64,000 nucleotides of DNA from Clostridia bacterium (GCA_017409455.1 JAFQSS010000010.1:4696-68695); one strand, 5' to 3'; shown: positions 37,552 through 47,658, numbered from the stretch's first letter. Made by a program: numbers and translations. The notes: generated by a model from the sequence alone, not told the origin.

Positions 37552-39859
37552 ACAAGATAAAGAAGTATTTGTAGTTCCGAAAGGATTACAAGATATAATT
37601 CCTGTAAATAGAATATGGCAAGATGGTATATTTCAAGTAGGAAAAAATAAGTTTTCCAAATGTTTTAGATTTACAGATATAAATTATGCAGTTGCAAGTA
37701 GAGCAGATAAAGAGGCTATGTTTTTAGAATATAGTGAATTATTAAATTCTTTTGATACTGGTGCAACTACAAAAATAACTATATTAAATAGAAGATTGAA
37801 CAAAGTTGATTTTGAAAAAAATATATTATTACCATTAGCAGAAGATAACCTTGATGAATATAGAAAAGAATATAATAAAATGCTTTTAGATAAAGGGACA
37901 GGTGCTAATGGAATAACACAAGAAAAGTTTATAACTATTTCAGTTAATAAAAAAAGTATTGAAGAAGCAAGAAATTATTTTGCTAGAATAGGTGCTGACT
38001 TAACAAATCACTTTTCACAATTAGGCTCAAAATGTATAGAACTTGATGCAGTTGATAGATTAAGAATGTTTCACGATTTTTATAGAGCAGGAGAAGAAAA
38101 TTCATTTACTTTTGACTTTATTCAAAATATGAGAAAAGGACATAGTTTTAAAGATTTTATATGTCCAGATACAATGGAATTTGAAAAAGACTATTTTAAA
38201 ATGGGAAATAAGTATGGTAGAGTTATCTTTTTAAAAGAATATGCAAGTTATATTAAAGATAATATGGTAGCAGAATTAACAGACTTAAATAGAAATATGA
38301 TGATGAGTGTTGATGTTATACCAGTTCCTATGGATGAGGCAGTAAGAGAAGTAGAAAATAGAAGATTAGGAGTAGAAACAAATATAACGAATTGGCAAAG
38401 GCGACAAAATTCAAATAATAATTTTAGTGCTGTAATTCCTTATGATATGGAACAACAAAGGAATGAGTCAAAAGAGTTTTTAGATGATTTAACCACTCGT
38501 GACCAAAGAATGTTTTTATCTGTTCTCACAATGGTGCATACTGCTGATACCAAAGACCAATTAGATAATGATACAGAAAGTTTATTAACTACTGCAAGAA
38601 AACATTTATGCCAGTTTGCTATATTAAAGTGGCAACAAATTGATGGACTTAATACTGCAATGCCTTTTGGGGTTAGAAAGATAGACGCTTTAAGAACATT
38701 AACAACAGAATCACTTGCAGTTTTTATTCCATTTAGAGTTCAAGAAATAAATCACGAAAATGGAATATATTATGGACAAAATGTTATAAGCAAAAATATG
38801 ATAATTGCAGATAGAAGAAAACTATTAAATGGTAATAGTTTCATATTAGGTGTATCTGGTAGTGGTAAATCATTTACAGGAAAAAATGAAATAGTTTCTG
38901 TAATACTTCGCGATCCAAATGCAGATGTAATAATTATTGACCCAGAACGCGAGTATTCACAACTTATAAACGCATTAGGTGGCGAAGTTATACACATTTC
39001 TGCAACAAGTAATAATCATATAAATGCTATGGACTTAAATAGCGAATATGGTGATGGTGCAAATCCTGTTATATTAAAATCAGAGTTTATATTATCACTA
39101 TGTGAACAGTTAATAGGTGGTAGCAATTTAGGTCCAAAGCAAAAGAGTATAATTGATAGATGTACTGCACAAGTATATAGACATTATCAACAAGGAAACT
39201 ATCAAGGAACTCCACCAACATTACAAGATTTTAGGGAAGAATTATTAAAACAAAGTGAGCCAGAGGCAAAAGAAATAGCACTTGCTATTGAATTGTTTAC
39301 AGATGGAAGTTTGAATACTTTTGCTAAAAATACTAATGTTGATACAAGTAATAGACTAATTTGTTATGATATATTAGATTTAGGTAAACAATTACTTCCT
39401 ATTGGTATGTTGGTAGTGTTAGATAGTATTTTAAATAGAATAACAATGAATAGAGCAAAAGGTAGAAATACCTTTATTTTTATTGATGAAATATATTTGT
39501 TATTCCAACACGAATATTCAGCAAATTTCTTATTTACTTTATGGAAAAGAGTAAGAAAATATGGTGCTTATTGCACAGGTATTACACAAAATGTTGATGA
39601 CTTATTACAAAGTCATACTGCAAGAACAATGTTAGCAAATTCAGAGTTTATAGTAATGCTTAATCAAGCAAGTACAGATAGATTAGAACTTGCTAAATTA
39701 TTAAATATTTCTGATTTACAAATGAGTTATATAACAAATGTAGGTGCAGGACAGGGATTATTAAAAGTTGGTAGTTCATTAGTTCCATTTATAAATAAAT
39801 TCCCAACTAATACAAAATTATATAAACTTATGACTACAAAACCGGGAGAAGGAAACTAA
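37526..39859 (+). CDS. VirB4-family conjugation ATPase
   Basis: Walker A GVSGSGKSFTGKNE, Walker B FIFIDEIY, 777 aa. Confidence 0.88.
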   Translation: MKTLKMLFKQDKEVFVVPKGLQDIIPVNRIWQDGIFQVGKNKFSKCFRFTDINYAVASRADKEAMFLEYSELLNSFDTGATTKITILNRRLNKVDFEKNILLPLAEDNLDEYRKEYNKMLLDKGTGANGITQEKFITISVNKKSIEEARNYFARIGADLTNHFSQLGSKCIELDAVDRLRMFHDFYRAGEENSFTFDFIQNMRKGHSFKDFICPDTMEFEKDYFKMGNKYGRVIFLKEYASYIKDNMVAELTDLNRNMMMSVDVIPVPMDEAVREVENRRLGVETNITNWQRRQNSNNNFSAVIPYDMEQQRNESKEFLDDLTTRDQRMFLSVLTMVHTADTKDQLDNDTESLLTTARKHLCQFAILKWQQIDGLNTAMPFGVRKIDALRTLTTESLAVFIPFRVQEINHENGIYYGQNVISKNMIIADRRKLLNGNSFILGVSGSGKSFTGKNEIVSVILRDPNADVIIIDPEREYSQLINALGGEVIHISATSNNHINAMDLNSEYGDGANPVILKSEFILSLCEQLIGGSNLGPKQKSIIDRCTAQVYRHYQQGNYQGTPPTLQDFREELLKQSEPEAKEIALAIELFTDGSLNTFAKNTNVDTSNRLICYDILDLGKQLLPIGMLVVLDSILNRITMNRAKGRNTFIFIDEIYLLFQHEYSANFLFTLWKRVRKYGAYCTGITQNVDDLLQSHTARTMLANSEFIVMLNQASTDRLELAKLLNISDLQMSYITNVGAGQGLLKVGSSLVPFINKFPTNTKLYKLMTTKPGEGN

Positions 39860-39874
39860 TAGGAGGTGTAGAAA

Positions 39875-41419
39875 ATGGCAGATATCAAAGTAAAAGATAT
39901 TGCTAAAAAAAGTATAAAAGCAATAGATAAATCTGCTATTGCAACAGAACGATTTAAAGATACTATTGTTCATACAAAACAAAAGGCAGAGAACACTTAT
40001 AGTGATAATGGAAATGTTTATCAAGATGGTAGTGATAAAATACAATTTATAACAAATAGGGCAGTTGATGAAACTGCCCATAATTTTAATAAGTATGGAA
40101 AAAAAGCATTTGTTGAAACAAAGAAGAATATTAAAAAATCTACTTTAAAGATAAAAGCATTTAAAGAAAACAAACTAGCTGAAAAAAGTATAAAGGGTGC
40201 AAAAGGTGTAAAAGGTGTTGTGAAAAATACCAAAACAACAATTAAAACAAGTAAGGAAGTAGCAAAAAATGCAAAGAAAGTAGCACAACAATCAGTTAAA
40301 GCAAGTCAAAGAGCAGTAAGATTAGCAAGAGAAACTGCAAGAAGAACTGCACAAGGAGTTAAAGTGGCAGTAAAAGCAACAGTTTCTGCAATTAAAGGAA
40401 TAATAGCAGGAACAAAAGCACTAATTGCTGCACTTGTTGCAGGTGGTTGGGTAGCAGTAGTCGTTATTATGGTTATTTGTTTAATAGCATTATTATGCAG
40501 TTCTATATTTGGTATTTTCTTTTCTAGTGAAGATACTGGTGGAACTAAAACAATGAACACAGTAGTTAATGAAATAAATCAAGAAATGGCAAATAAGATT
40601 ACTAATATTCAAAATAATAATACTTATGATGATTATACGATAGATTCAGATCGTGCAGAATGGAAAGAAGTATTAGCAATATATACAGTAAGAATTTCAA
40701 AAGGAATAAATGAAACAGATGTAATAACACTTGACGATAATAAAATAGCAATATTAAAAGAAGTATTTTGGGATATGAATTCTATTTCTTCAGAAGTAAA
40801 AACAGAGAAAATAAAAAATGATGATGGAGTAGAGGAAGAAAAGAAAATATTGCATATAAAAATATCTTCCAAAAGTATTGAAGATATGTCAAAAGAATAT
40901 TCATTTAATACTGCACAGAAAAATCAATTAAATGAATTGATGAGTGAAGAATATGCAAATTTATGGTCATCTGCAATATATGGTAGTCCATTGGGAAGTC
41001 CTAATATTGTTCAGATAGCATTGTCACAAGTAGGCAATGTTGGAGGACAACCTTATTGGAGTTGGTATGGATTTAATTCTCGTGTAGAATGGTGCGCTTG
41101 TTTTGTATCTTGGGTAGCAAATCAAGCCGGATATATAGAGTCAAATATTATTCCAAAATTTGCAGGATGTCAAAATGGTATTGATTGGTTTAAGGCAATG
41201 GGACAATGGAAAGAAAAAGGGTATATTCCAAGAGAGGGTGATATAATATTCTTTGACTGGGAAGTTGATGGAAATGTAAATCACGTTGGTATTGTTGAAA
41301 GAGTAGAAAATGGTAAAGTTTATACAGTAGAGGGAAATTCTACTGATGATATGTGCAGACAAAAAGAATATGATGTTAATAGTAAATATATCTTTGGTTA
41401 TGGCACACCTGCTTATTAA
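39875..41419 (+). CDS. T4SS-associated peptidoglycan hydrolase (TM helix plus C-terminal CHAP/NlpC-P60 domain)
   Basis: Central TM helix. C-terminus has WCACFVSW (catalytic Cys) and NHVGIVE (His). A terminator follows at 41426-41466. Confidence 0.8.
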   Translation: MADIKVKDIAKKSIKAIDKSAIATERFKDTIVHTKQKAENTYSDNGNVYQDGSDKIQFITNRAVDETAHNFNKYGKKAFVETKKNIKKSTLKIKAFKENKLAEKSIKGAKGVKGVVKNTKTTIKTSKEVAKNAKKVAQQSVKASQRAVRLARETARRTAQGVKVAVKATVSAIKGIIAGTKALIAALVAGGWVAVVVIMVICLIALLCSSIFGIFFSSEDTGGTKTMNTVVNEINQEMANKITNIQNNNTYDDYTIDSDRAEWKEVLAIYTVRISKGINETDVITLDDNKIAILKEVFWDMNSISSEVKTEKIKNDDGVEEEKKILHIKISSKSIEDMSKEYSFNTAQKNQLNELMSEEYANLWSSAIYGSPLGSPNIVQIALSQVGNVGGQPYWSWYGFNSRVEWCACFVSWVANQAGYIESNIIPKFAGCQNGIDWFKAMGQWKEKGYIPREGDIIFFDWEVDGNVNHVGIVERVENGKVYTVEGNSTDDMCRQKEYDVNSKYIFGYGTPAY

Positions 41420-41466
41420 GACAAAAAAAGTAATAAAGTTAGTTGATTCTAATTTTATTACTTTTT

Positions 41467-41492
41467 ATTTTTATATAAAGTTTGACACTTTA
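41467..41492. repeat. 26-bp inverted repeat, left copy (IR-L)
   Basis: ATTTTTATATAAAGTTTGACACTTTA is the perfect reverse complement of 42850-42875. Confidence 0.9.
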
Positions 41493-41688
41493 TTTATACA
41501 AGGTTTTCACTTCTAGCTTTTACAATTATACCATATTTTGTCGAATTTGACATTAATTTAGTGAAAATTTTTTAAATTTTTGAATTTTATATTACAAAAA
41601 ACGATAAATACCGCATTTTGCAAGAGAAAATTAAATATTTTTCAGTCAAAATTCTGGTAATAAATTTTATTAATTAGGAAGGAGAATT

Positions 41689-42780
41689 ATGATGGCAAGA
41701 AAAGGAGAAAACATTTTTAAGAGAAAAGATGGAAGATGGGAAGCGAGATATGCAAAAGAGAGAGATTTAAAAGGAAAAGTTATTAAATATGGATATGTAT
41801 ATGGAAAGAGTTATATAGAAGTAAAAAGAAAAAAGGAGGAGGCGATTGAAAATTTAAAATTTACACAATTGCAAAAGCCAAATATAGATAACACTATTTT
41901 CTCTACGGCTATAATAAGTTGGCTTAATAATAAAACTTCAATAAAAGACTCTACTTTTTATAATTATATTTCAATAATTACTGGAAAGTTAATTCCATAT
42001 TTTAATGAAACAAAGATAACATCTATAAATAAACAACATATATCAGATTTTATAAAAACACTAAAAAGTGAAGAATTAAGCCCTAAAAGAATAAAAGATA
42101 TTTTACTTTTATTAAATCAATTTCTTGAAGATAATGAAATTCATATAAAATTTGATTATCCATCTTTAAGTAAAAACAATATATCAACTTTTAATAACAA
42201 CGAGATTCATATCATTGAAAGTAATGCTTTAAATACAGAAGATATAAAAAAATTTGCAATATTATTAACATTATTTACAGGAATGAGAATTGGTGAATTA
42301 TGTGCATTGCAATGGAAGGATATTGATTTAGAAAACAAGGTAATTCATATAACAAAAAATATAATAAGAACGAAGTCAAAACTTAATGCTAATTCAAAAA
42401 CAATTACAAAAATAGATGTGCCAAAAACAGCAAGTTCTATAAGAGATATTCCAATTAACGATGTATTAGTATCTTTTTTAGAAAAGTTTAAACAAGAAGA
42501 TAACAAATTCTTACTAACTGAAAGAGAATATTATATGACACCTAATCAATATTATTATTTTTATAGAAAATATATAAAAAGTTTAAGATTAACTGATTAT
42601 AATTTTCACGCAATTAGACATACTTTTGCAACTCGTTCATTATCTTTTGGGATGGATGTAAAAACATTAAGTGTTATTTTAGGGCATACAAGTATAAAAA
42701 TAACACTAGATTTATATGTTCATATTACAGAAGAAGAAAAAAGAAAACAAATAAATAAGATTCCTTTGTTATCTGCATAA
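41689..42780 (+). CDS. tyrosine recombinase (phage-integrase family) with an AP2-like N-terminal DNA-binding domain
   Basis: N-terminus FKRKDGRWEARY. Catalytic region GMRIGELCAL, HAIRHTFAT, LGHTSIKITLDLYVH. Confidence 0.85.
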   Translation: MMARKGENIFKRKDGRWEARYAKERDLKGKVIKYGYVYGKSYIEVKRKKEEAIENLKFTQLQKPNIDNTIFSTAIISWLNNKTSIKDSTFYNYISIITGKLIPYFNETKITSINKQHISDFIKTLKSEELSPKRIKDILLLLNQFLEDNEIHIKFDYPSLSKNNISTFNNNEIHIIESNALNTEDIKKFAILLTLFTGMRIGELCALQWKDIDLENKVIHITKNIIRTKSKLNANSKTITKIDVPKTASSIRDIPINDVLVSFLEKFKQEDNKFLLTEREYYMTPNQYYYFYRKYIKSLRLTDYNFHAIRHTFATRSLSFGMDVKTLSVILGHTSIKITLDLYVHITEEEKRKQINKIPLLSA

Positions 42781-42849
42781 TTAGTAGTCAAATTTTTAGT
42801 ATGAAATTAGAAAAAAACGCAGAAATAAAAGGATTTTTCAAAAAATATT

Positions 42850-42875
42850 TAAAGTGTCAAACTTTATATAAAAAT
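42850..42875. repeat. 26-bp inverted repeat, right copy (IR-R)
   Basis: TAAAGTGTCAAACTTTATATAAAAAT is the reverse complement of IR-L. Confidence 0.9.
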
Positions 42876-42959
42876 TATTATTACTATTAGTATGTACGGA
42901 ATAGAAAGGATTAATACACTTATAGCTCTTTTAGTCAAAAGAAAAGGAGGAGGTTATAT

Positions 42960-44276
42960 ATGGCTAAAAACAAGAAAATCCTACTTATGGTGGGCGCTAT
43001 TGCGTTAGTTGTCGTAGTTGCTTTGATTTGTCTATTCGCATCTAAAGAAGATGAAAAAGCAATTTATACAGTAACGTTTAATAGTAATGGTGGTAATGTA
43101 ATTTCTGAGCAAAGTGTAGAAGAAGGAATGACTGCCACAAAACCACAAGATCCCACTAAAGAAGGTTATATTTTTATTGAATGGCTGTTAGATGGAAAAA
43201 GTTATGATTTTAGCAGTCCAGTAAATAAAAATATAATTTTAAGAGCAAGTTGGCAAGAGGAAACTCCTGAAAAAGAACTTGTTACAATTAAGTTCAATAC
43301 TGATGGAGGAACAACAATTGCAAATGCTGTTATCGAAAAAGGTGGTAAGGTAGAGAAACCATCTGACCCAACAAAAGATGGATATACTTTTGTTGAATGG
43401 CAATTATCTGGTTCAAAATATGATTTTGATAAAGAAGTTACCGAAGATTTAGAATTAGTTGCAAAATGGGAAAAAAACAAAACAGAAAATAAACCAAGCA
43501 CAAATAAACCAACTACAAATAAACCAAGCAACAACAATTCTGGAAACAACAATTCTGGAAATAATAATTCTGGAAATAATAATTCTGGTGGTAGTACTAC
43601 ACCTACAACACCAACAACTCCTACAACACCTACTGTAAAAAAATATACAGTATCATTTGACACAAAAGGTGGTAGTAGTGTAGCTAGTCAAACAGTTGAA
43701 GAAGGTAAAAAAGCAAGTAAACCATCTGACCCAACAAGAACTGGATATACATTTGCTGGTTGGACATTAAATGGAAGTGCTTATGACTTCAACTCAGCAG
43801 TAAAAGGCAATATTACATTAGTTGCTAAATGGACTGAGAATCCAAAAGCAAAATATACAGTATCATTTGACACAAAAGGTGGTAGTAGTGTAGCAAATCA
43901 AACAGTTGAAGAAGGTAAAAAAGCAAGTAAACCATCAGATCCAACAAGAAGTGGATATACATTTGGCGGTTGGACATTAAATGGAAGTGCTTATGACTTC
44001 AATGCAGCAGTAAATGGAAACATTACATTAGTTGCTAAATGGAATGCAAAATCTTATACAGTAAAAGTAAGTGCAGTAGATGATTATTCACCTGCAAGAA
44101 TATTAAGTGTTTATGAAAATGGCAGTAAAATAAGTGTAAAAGAAATTAGATATAGCGATGGAACTTATTTATGTTCAGGTGCAAATCCTAATGTTAATAA
44201 GAATGCTATTGCTGGTGAAACAAGTTTAATAGTTGTTTTAAGTGATGGAACACAAATGACTGCAAGTATTAATTAA
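42960..44276 (+). CDS. membrane-anchored surface protein with four Listeria-Bacteroides-type (Flg_new) repeats
   Basis: N-terminal signal anchor. Four copies of YTV.F...GG......V.EG....P.DPT..GY.F..W.L.G..YDF. NNSGN and TPT low-complexity linker. Confidence 0.75.
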   Translation: MAKNKKILLMVGAIALVVVVALICLFASKEDEKAIYTVTFNSNGGNVISEQSVEEGMTATKPQDPTKEGYIFIEWLLDGKSYDFSSPVNKNIILRASWQEETPEKELVTIKFNTDGGTTIANAVIEKGGKVEKPSDPTKDGYTFVEWQLSGSKYDFDKEVTEDLELVAKWEKNKTENKPSTNKPTTNKPSNNNSGNNNSGNNNSGNNNSGGSTTPTTPTTPTTPTVKKYTVSFDTKGGSSVASQTVEEGKKASKPSDPTRTGYTFAGWTLNGSAYDFNSAVKGNITLVAKWTENPKAKYTVSFDTKGGSSVANQTVEEGKKASKPSDPTRSGYTFGGWTLNGSAYDFNAAVNGNITLVAKWNAKSYTVKVSAVDDYSPARILSVYENGSKISVKEIRYSDGTYLCSGANPNVNKNAIAGETSLIVVLSDGTQMTASIN

Positions 44277-44292
44277 GGAGGAAAAGTTAAAT

Positions 44293-46401
44293 ATGAAGAA
44301 AAGTTTAAAATGTTTATTTGCATTTGGAGTTCTCTTTTTAATGAACTCCGCTGTTGTAAATGCAAAGAGTATAGAACCATCTGACATTCCTAACAATTCA
44401 TATGTTATTGGTAATTATGTGTTTTCTGAAGAAACAGTTTTAACAACAAAACACATTATGCTTGCCTCTAAAACAATTGAGGGAGATAGTTTAGATGATA
44501 TGATTATTTATTATAAAACTCCAAGAGGACAATGGATAGATGGTCTTTCAGGAGAAACACAAGAAGTTCCAGAAGATTTTGAAATTGACAAAATAGATGG
44601 CGAAAGAGTGTTAGAAGATGTAAAAATCACTAGCAAAGAATTCGATGGAACATCAGAAGATAATGAAGTAGTTTATAAATTATTAACTGATAAGGAAATA
44701 GGAGATGGTATTGAAATATATTCATCTGACTCAATTGATGGAGATTATACTTTAATCAATACTACTGATGGATATGAAAATATCAGAGTTAGTGTATTAG
44801 ATAATACTAAAAAGTATATTAAAATTAGAGCTTATGAAGGAACACCAGAAGATAGAGCATATGGAATGCTTTCAGAGGCAATAGAAATTGACCAAACTAA
44901 TATGAGTGAAAATACTAAAATTTCAAATATTGAATTTGGAGCAGTTGATGAAAATATAATTACATTAACTATAAACGAAGAAGTTGGAGATGGATTCATT
45001 ATTTATAGTTCTGATACAAAAGACGGAGAATATAAATATGAATATGAATTTGATTATACATCTGAACAATTTACAAACGGAAAAGTAAATTTTGATTTAA
45101 GAAATACTACTGATGGAACAAAAAAATACTTTAAAGTAAAAGCATATAAAGATACTGATTCAACAAGAGTATTTAGTGCTTTATCTGAAGCTTATGGTAT
45201 TTTATTAGATGATATAGAAATTACTAGTAAAGAATTTGATGGAACATCAGCAGATAACGAAGTAGTTTATAAATTATTAACTGACAAAAAAGTAGGAGAT
45301 GGAGTTGAAATATATTCATCTGATACAAAAGACGGAGAATATACTTTAATTAACACTACAACAGGTTATGACTTTATCAGAGTTAGCGTATTAGATAATG
45401 CTAAAAAGTATATCAAGATTAGAGGATATGAAGGAACACCAGAAGATAGAGTGGGTAGTGGTTTTTCAGAGGTTATAGAAATTGACCAAACTAATATGAG
45501 TGAAAAAGCAAAAATTTCTAATATTGAATTTGGAGCAGTTGATGAAAATATAATTACATTAACTATAAGTGAAGAAGTTGGAGATGGATTCACTATTTAT
45601 AGTTCTGATACAAAAGACGGAGAATATAAATATGAATATGACTTTGAATATAGTTCAGAACAATTCTCAAACGGAAAAGTAAACTTTACTTTAAGAAATG
45701 AAGCAACAGGAACAACAAAATATTTCAAAATAAAAGCATTTAAAGATAATGATACAACAAGAGTATTTAGCGAATTATCAAGTGCTTATGGAATAATATT
45801 ACAAGACATAGAAGTAACAGGAAAAACATTTGATGGGACATCAGCAGATAACGAAGTAGTTTATAAATTATTAACTGATAAAGAAGTTGGAGATGGAGTT
45901 GAAATATATTCATCTGACTCAAAAGATGGAGAATATACTTTAATCAATACTACATCAGGTTATGACTTTATCAGAGTTAGTGTATTAGATAACACAACAA
46001 AATACATCAAAATTAGAGGATATCAAGGTTCAACATCAGAAGATAGAGTATATGGTGGTTTTTCTACACCAATAGAAATCGACCAAACTAATATAAGTGA
46101 AAACATTGAAATATCTAATATAGAATATGGTGTAGTTGATGAAAATATAATTACATTAACTATAAACGAAGAAGTTGGAGATGGATTCATTATTTATAGT
46201 TCTGATACAATTGATGGGGAATATAAATATGAATATGATTTTGAATATAGTTCAGAACAATTCTCAAATAATAAAGTAAACTTTACTTTAAGAAATGAAG
46301 CAACAGGAACAACAAAATATTTCAAAGTAAAAGCATTTAAAGATAATGATACAACAAGAGTATATAGTGCGTTATCAAGTGCTAGTGAATTAAGTTTATA
46401 A
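44293..46401 (+). CDS. secreted protein with three 198-aa tandem repeats (each made of two Fn3/Ig-like modules)
   Basis: Signal peptide ending VNAKS. Exact 594-bp DNA periodicity (marker GAAGTAGTTTATAAATTATTAACTGA at 44665, 45259 and 45853). Confidence 0.75.
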   Translation: MKKSLKCLFAFGVLFLMNSAVVNAKSIEPSDIPNNSYVIGNYVFSEETVLTTKHIMLASKTIEGDSLDDMIIYYKTPRGQWIDGLSGETQEVPEDFEIDKIDGERVLEDVKITSKEFDGTSEDNEVVYKLLTDKEIGDGIEIYSSDSIDGDYTLINTTDGYENIRVSVLDNTKKYIKIRAYEGTPEDRAYGMLSEAIEIDQTNMSENTKISNIEFGAVDENIITLTINEEVGDGFIIYSSDTKDGEYKYEYEFDYTSEQFTNGKVNFDLRNTTDGTKKYFKVKAYKDTDSTRVFSALSEAYGILLDDIEITSKEFDGTSADNEVVYKLLTDKKVGDGVEIYSSDTKDGEYTLINTTTGYDFIRVSVLDNAKKYIKIRGYEGTPEDRVGSGFSEVIEIDQTNMSEKAKISNIEFGAVDENIITLTISEEVGDGFTIYSSDTKDGEYKYEYDFEYSSEQFSNGKVNFTLRNEATGTTKYFKIKAFKDNDTTRVFSELSSAYGIILQDIEVTGKTFDGTSADNEVVYKLLTDKEVGDGVEIYSSDSKDGEYTLINTTSGYDFIRVSVLDNTTKYIKIRGYQGSTSEDRVYGGFSTPIEIDQTNISENIEISNIEYGVVDENIITLTINEEVGDGFIIYSSDTIDGEYKYEYDFEYSSEQFSNNKVNFTLRNEATGTTKYFKVKAFKDNDTTRVYSALSSASELSL

Positions 46402-46454
46402 ATTGTACAAGCATTAAATGTAATATAAAAAAAGCTATCCGTTTTGGGTAGCTT

Positions 46455-46703
46455 TTAATCATCTATATTTTCTGGTAAGAATAAATCACTATCAAAAAAG
46501 TCTTTCTCTGAAATCTTGACTGTTTTGCATATTTGATGAATTACATAAGAACTAGGATTAGAAACTTTTAATGATAGCATATCTTGCAATGTAGATGGAG
46601 CAACGGCAGAGAGTTCTGCTAATTTGTTAGGAGTAATTTTATTTTTATCACATAATTCATAGATTCTTTTACTAATTGCTTCTTTAAATAACAAAATACA
46701 CAC
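46455..46703 (-). CDS. XRE-family HTH regulator
   Basis: ISKRIYELCDKNKITPNKLAELSAVAPSTLQDM HTH. The start may be the TTG at 46694 (GAGG is 8 nt upstream) rather than the GTG at 46703. Confidence 0.7.
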   Translation of the reverse strand: MCILLFKEAISKRIYELCDKNKITPNKLAELSAVAPSTLQDMLSLKVSNPSSYVIHQICKTVKISEKDFFDSDLFLPENIDD

Positions 46704-46723
46704 CTCATTTCTTATAATATTTT

Positions 46724-46787
46724 AACGGAAATCCGCATAAATTATTCACGGATATCCGTTGACTTTGAGATGAAGTGATGTTATAAT
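46724..46787 (+). promoter_or_regulatory. 12-bp inverted-repeat operator overlapping a consensus sigma-A promoter
   Basis: AACGGAAATCCG (46724-46735) pairs with CGGATATCCGTT (46749-46760). TTGACT (46759-46764), 17-nt spacer, TATAAT (46782-46787). Confidence 0.6.
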
Positions 46788-46802
46788 AATAATATCAATT
46801 AA

Positions 46803-46841
46803 GCAGTACATTTTTTTATATAGGTGTACTGTCTTTTTTTT
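46803..46841 (+). terminator. intrinsic terminator ~15-55 nt downstream of the 46782 promoter
   Basis: CAGTACA..TGTACTG stem followed by a T-run of eight. Confidence 0.55.
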
Positions 46842-46932
46842 CAAAAAATACTTGGGGAAATAGATTGAAAAATATAATAGTATTACTGACTGAAAAGAAG
46901 TTGATATTTTAAATAGATAGTGAGGAATAAGA

Positions 46933-47655
46933 ATGGAAGAAATAATAATGTTAGGTATGATTTTAGTGTTTATCTTAATAATTATAATAATCTGGATTAA
47001 AGAAGATAAAAACTATCATAAAGAAATGGAAAAAAGAGATTCAGAGTTTGACCAACACAAATTATGGTTAGAAAAACAAAAGAAAAGACACGATCGTATG
47101 GTTTTAGAGGGGTATGCTTATTATGAGGATGATATTTATAACTATAATGATATAGAACTTAATGATGAATATGATAAAGAAATAAAAGAATATAAATTCA
47201 TAATACAAAAAAATCTTCCTAGATTTGAGTCAAGTAAGAAGATTAAAGTATTAGTAGGAGATTATGATTTGATGTCTATATCTAACACCATAACCGTTTT
47301 AAAGAGTATGGGAATTACAACAAAAGCAGCTAGAAGTGGTAGAGAAATAATAAAAAGAATTATGACAGGGGAAAAATATGATTTAATAATAACCAATAAT
47401 GTATATACAAAAGGTAATTGTGATGGACCGGAAACATTAGATGAATTAAGAAAAATAGAGGGTTTTAATACTCCTGTTGTAGTTTTAACTGTTTCGAGTG
47501 GAAAAAGACATTTATTTATGGGAGAGTATGGATTTGATGAATATATGTGCAAATTATTAACACAGGAACAAGTTATAGAAACATTACCAAAGGTTATTAA
47601 GGATTTAAAATTTACAAAAGTAGAAGAACAAAAAAAAGAAAGCAATAAGTCATAA
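46933..47655 (+). CDS. membrane-tethered receiver-like (pseudo-REC) domain protein
   Basis: N-terminal TM helix. CheY-like beta-alpha pattern (KVLVGDYD, YDLIITNN, PVVVLTVS, DEYMCKLL) with Asn at the phospho-acceptor position. Confidence 0.6.
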   Translation: MEEIIMLGMILVFILIIIIIWIKEDKNYHKEMEKRDSEFDQHKLWLEKQKKRHDRMVLEGYAYYEDDIYNYNDIELNDEYDKEIKEYKFIIQKNLPRFESSKKIKVLVGDYDLMSISNTITVLKSMGITTKAARSGREIIKRIMTGEKYDLIITNNVYTKGNCDGPETLDELRKIEGFNTPVVVLTVSSGKRHLFMGEYGFDEYMCKLLTQEQVIETLPKVIKDLKFTKVEEQKKESNKS

Positions 47656-47658
47656 GAT

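Noticed and set aside
41455-42886. Target-site duplication (TTATTACT) flanking the IR-bounded recombinase segment, which would make it an insertion element
   Set aside because: The two octamers lie at different offsets from the inverted repeats (5 nt versus 3 nt). The sequence is trivially AT-rich, so this is probably coincidence.
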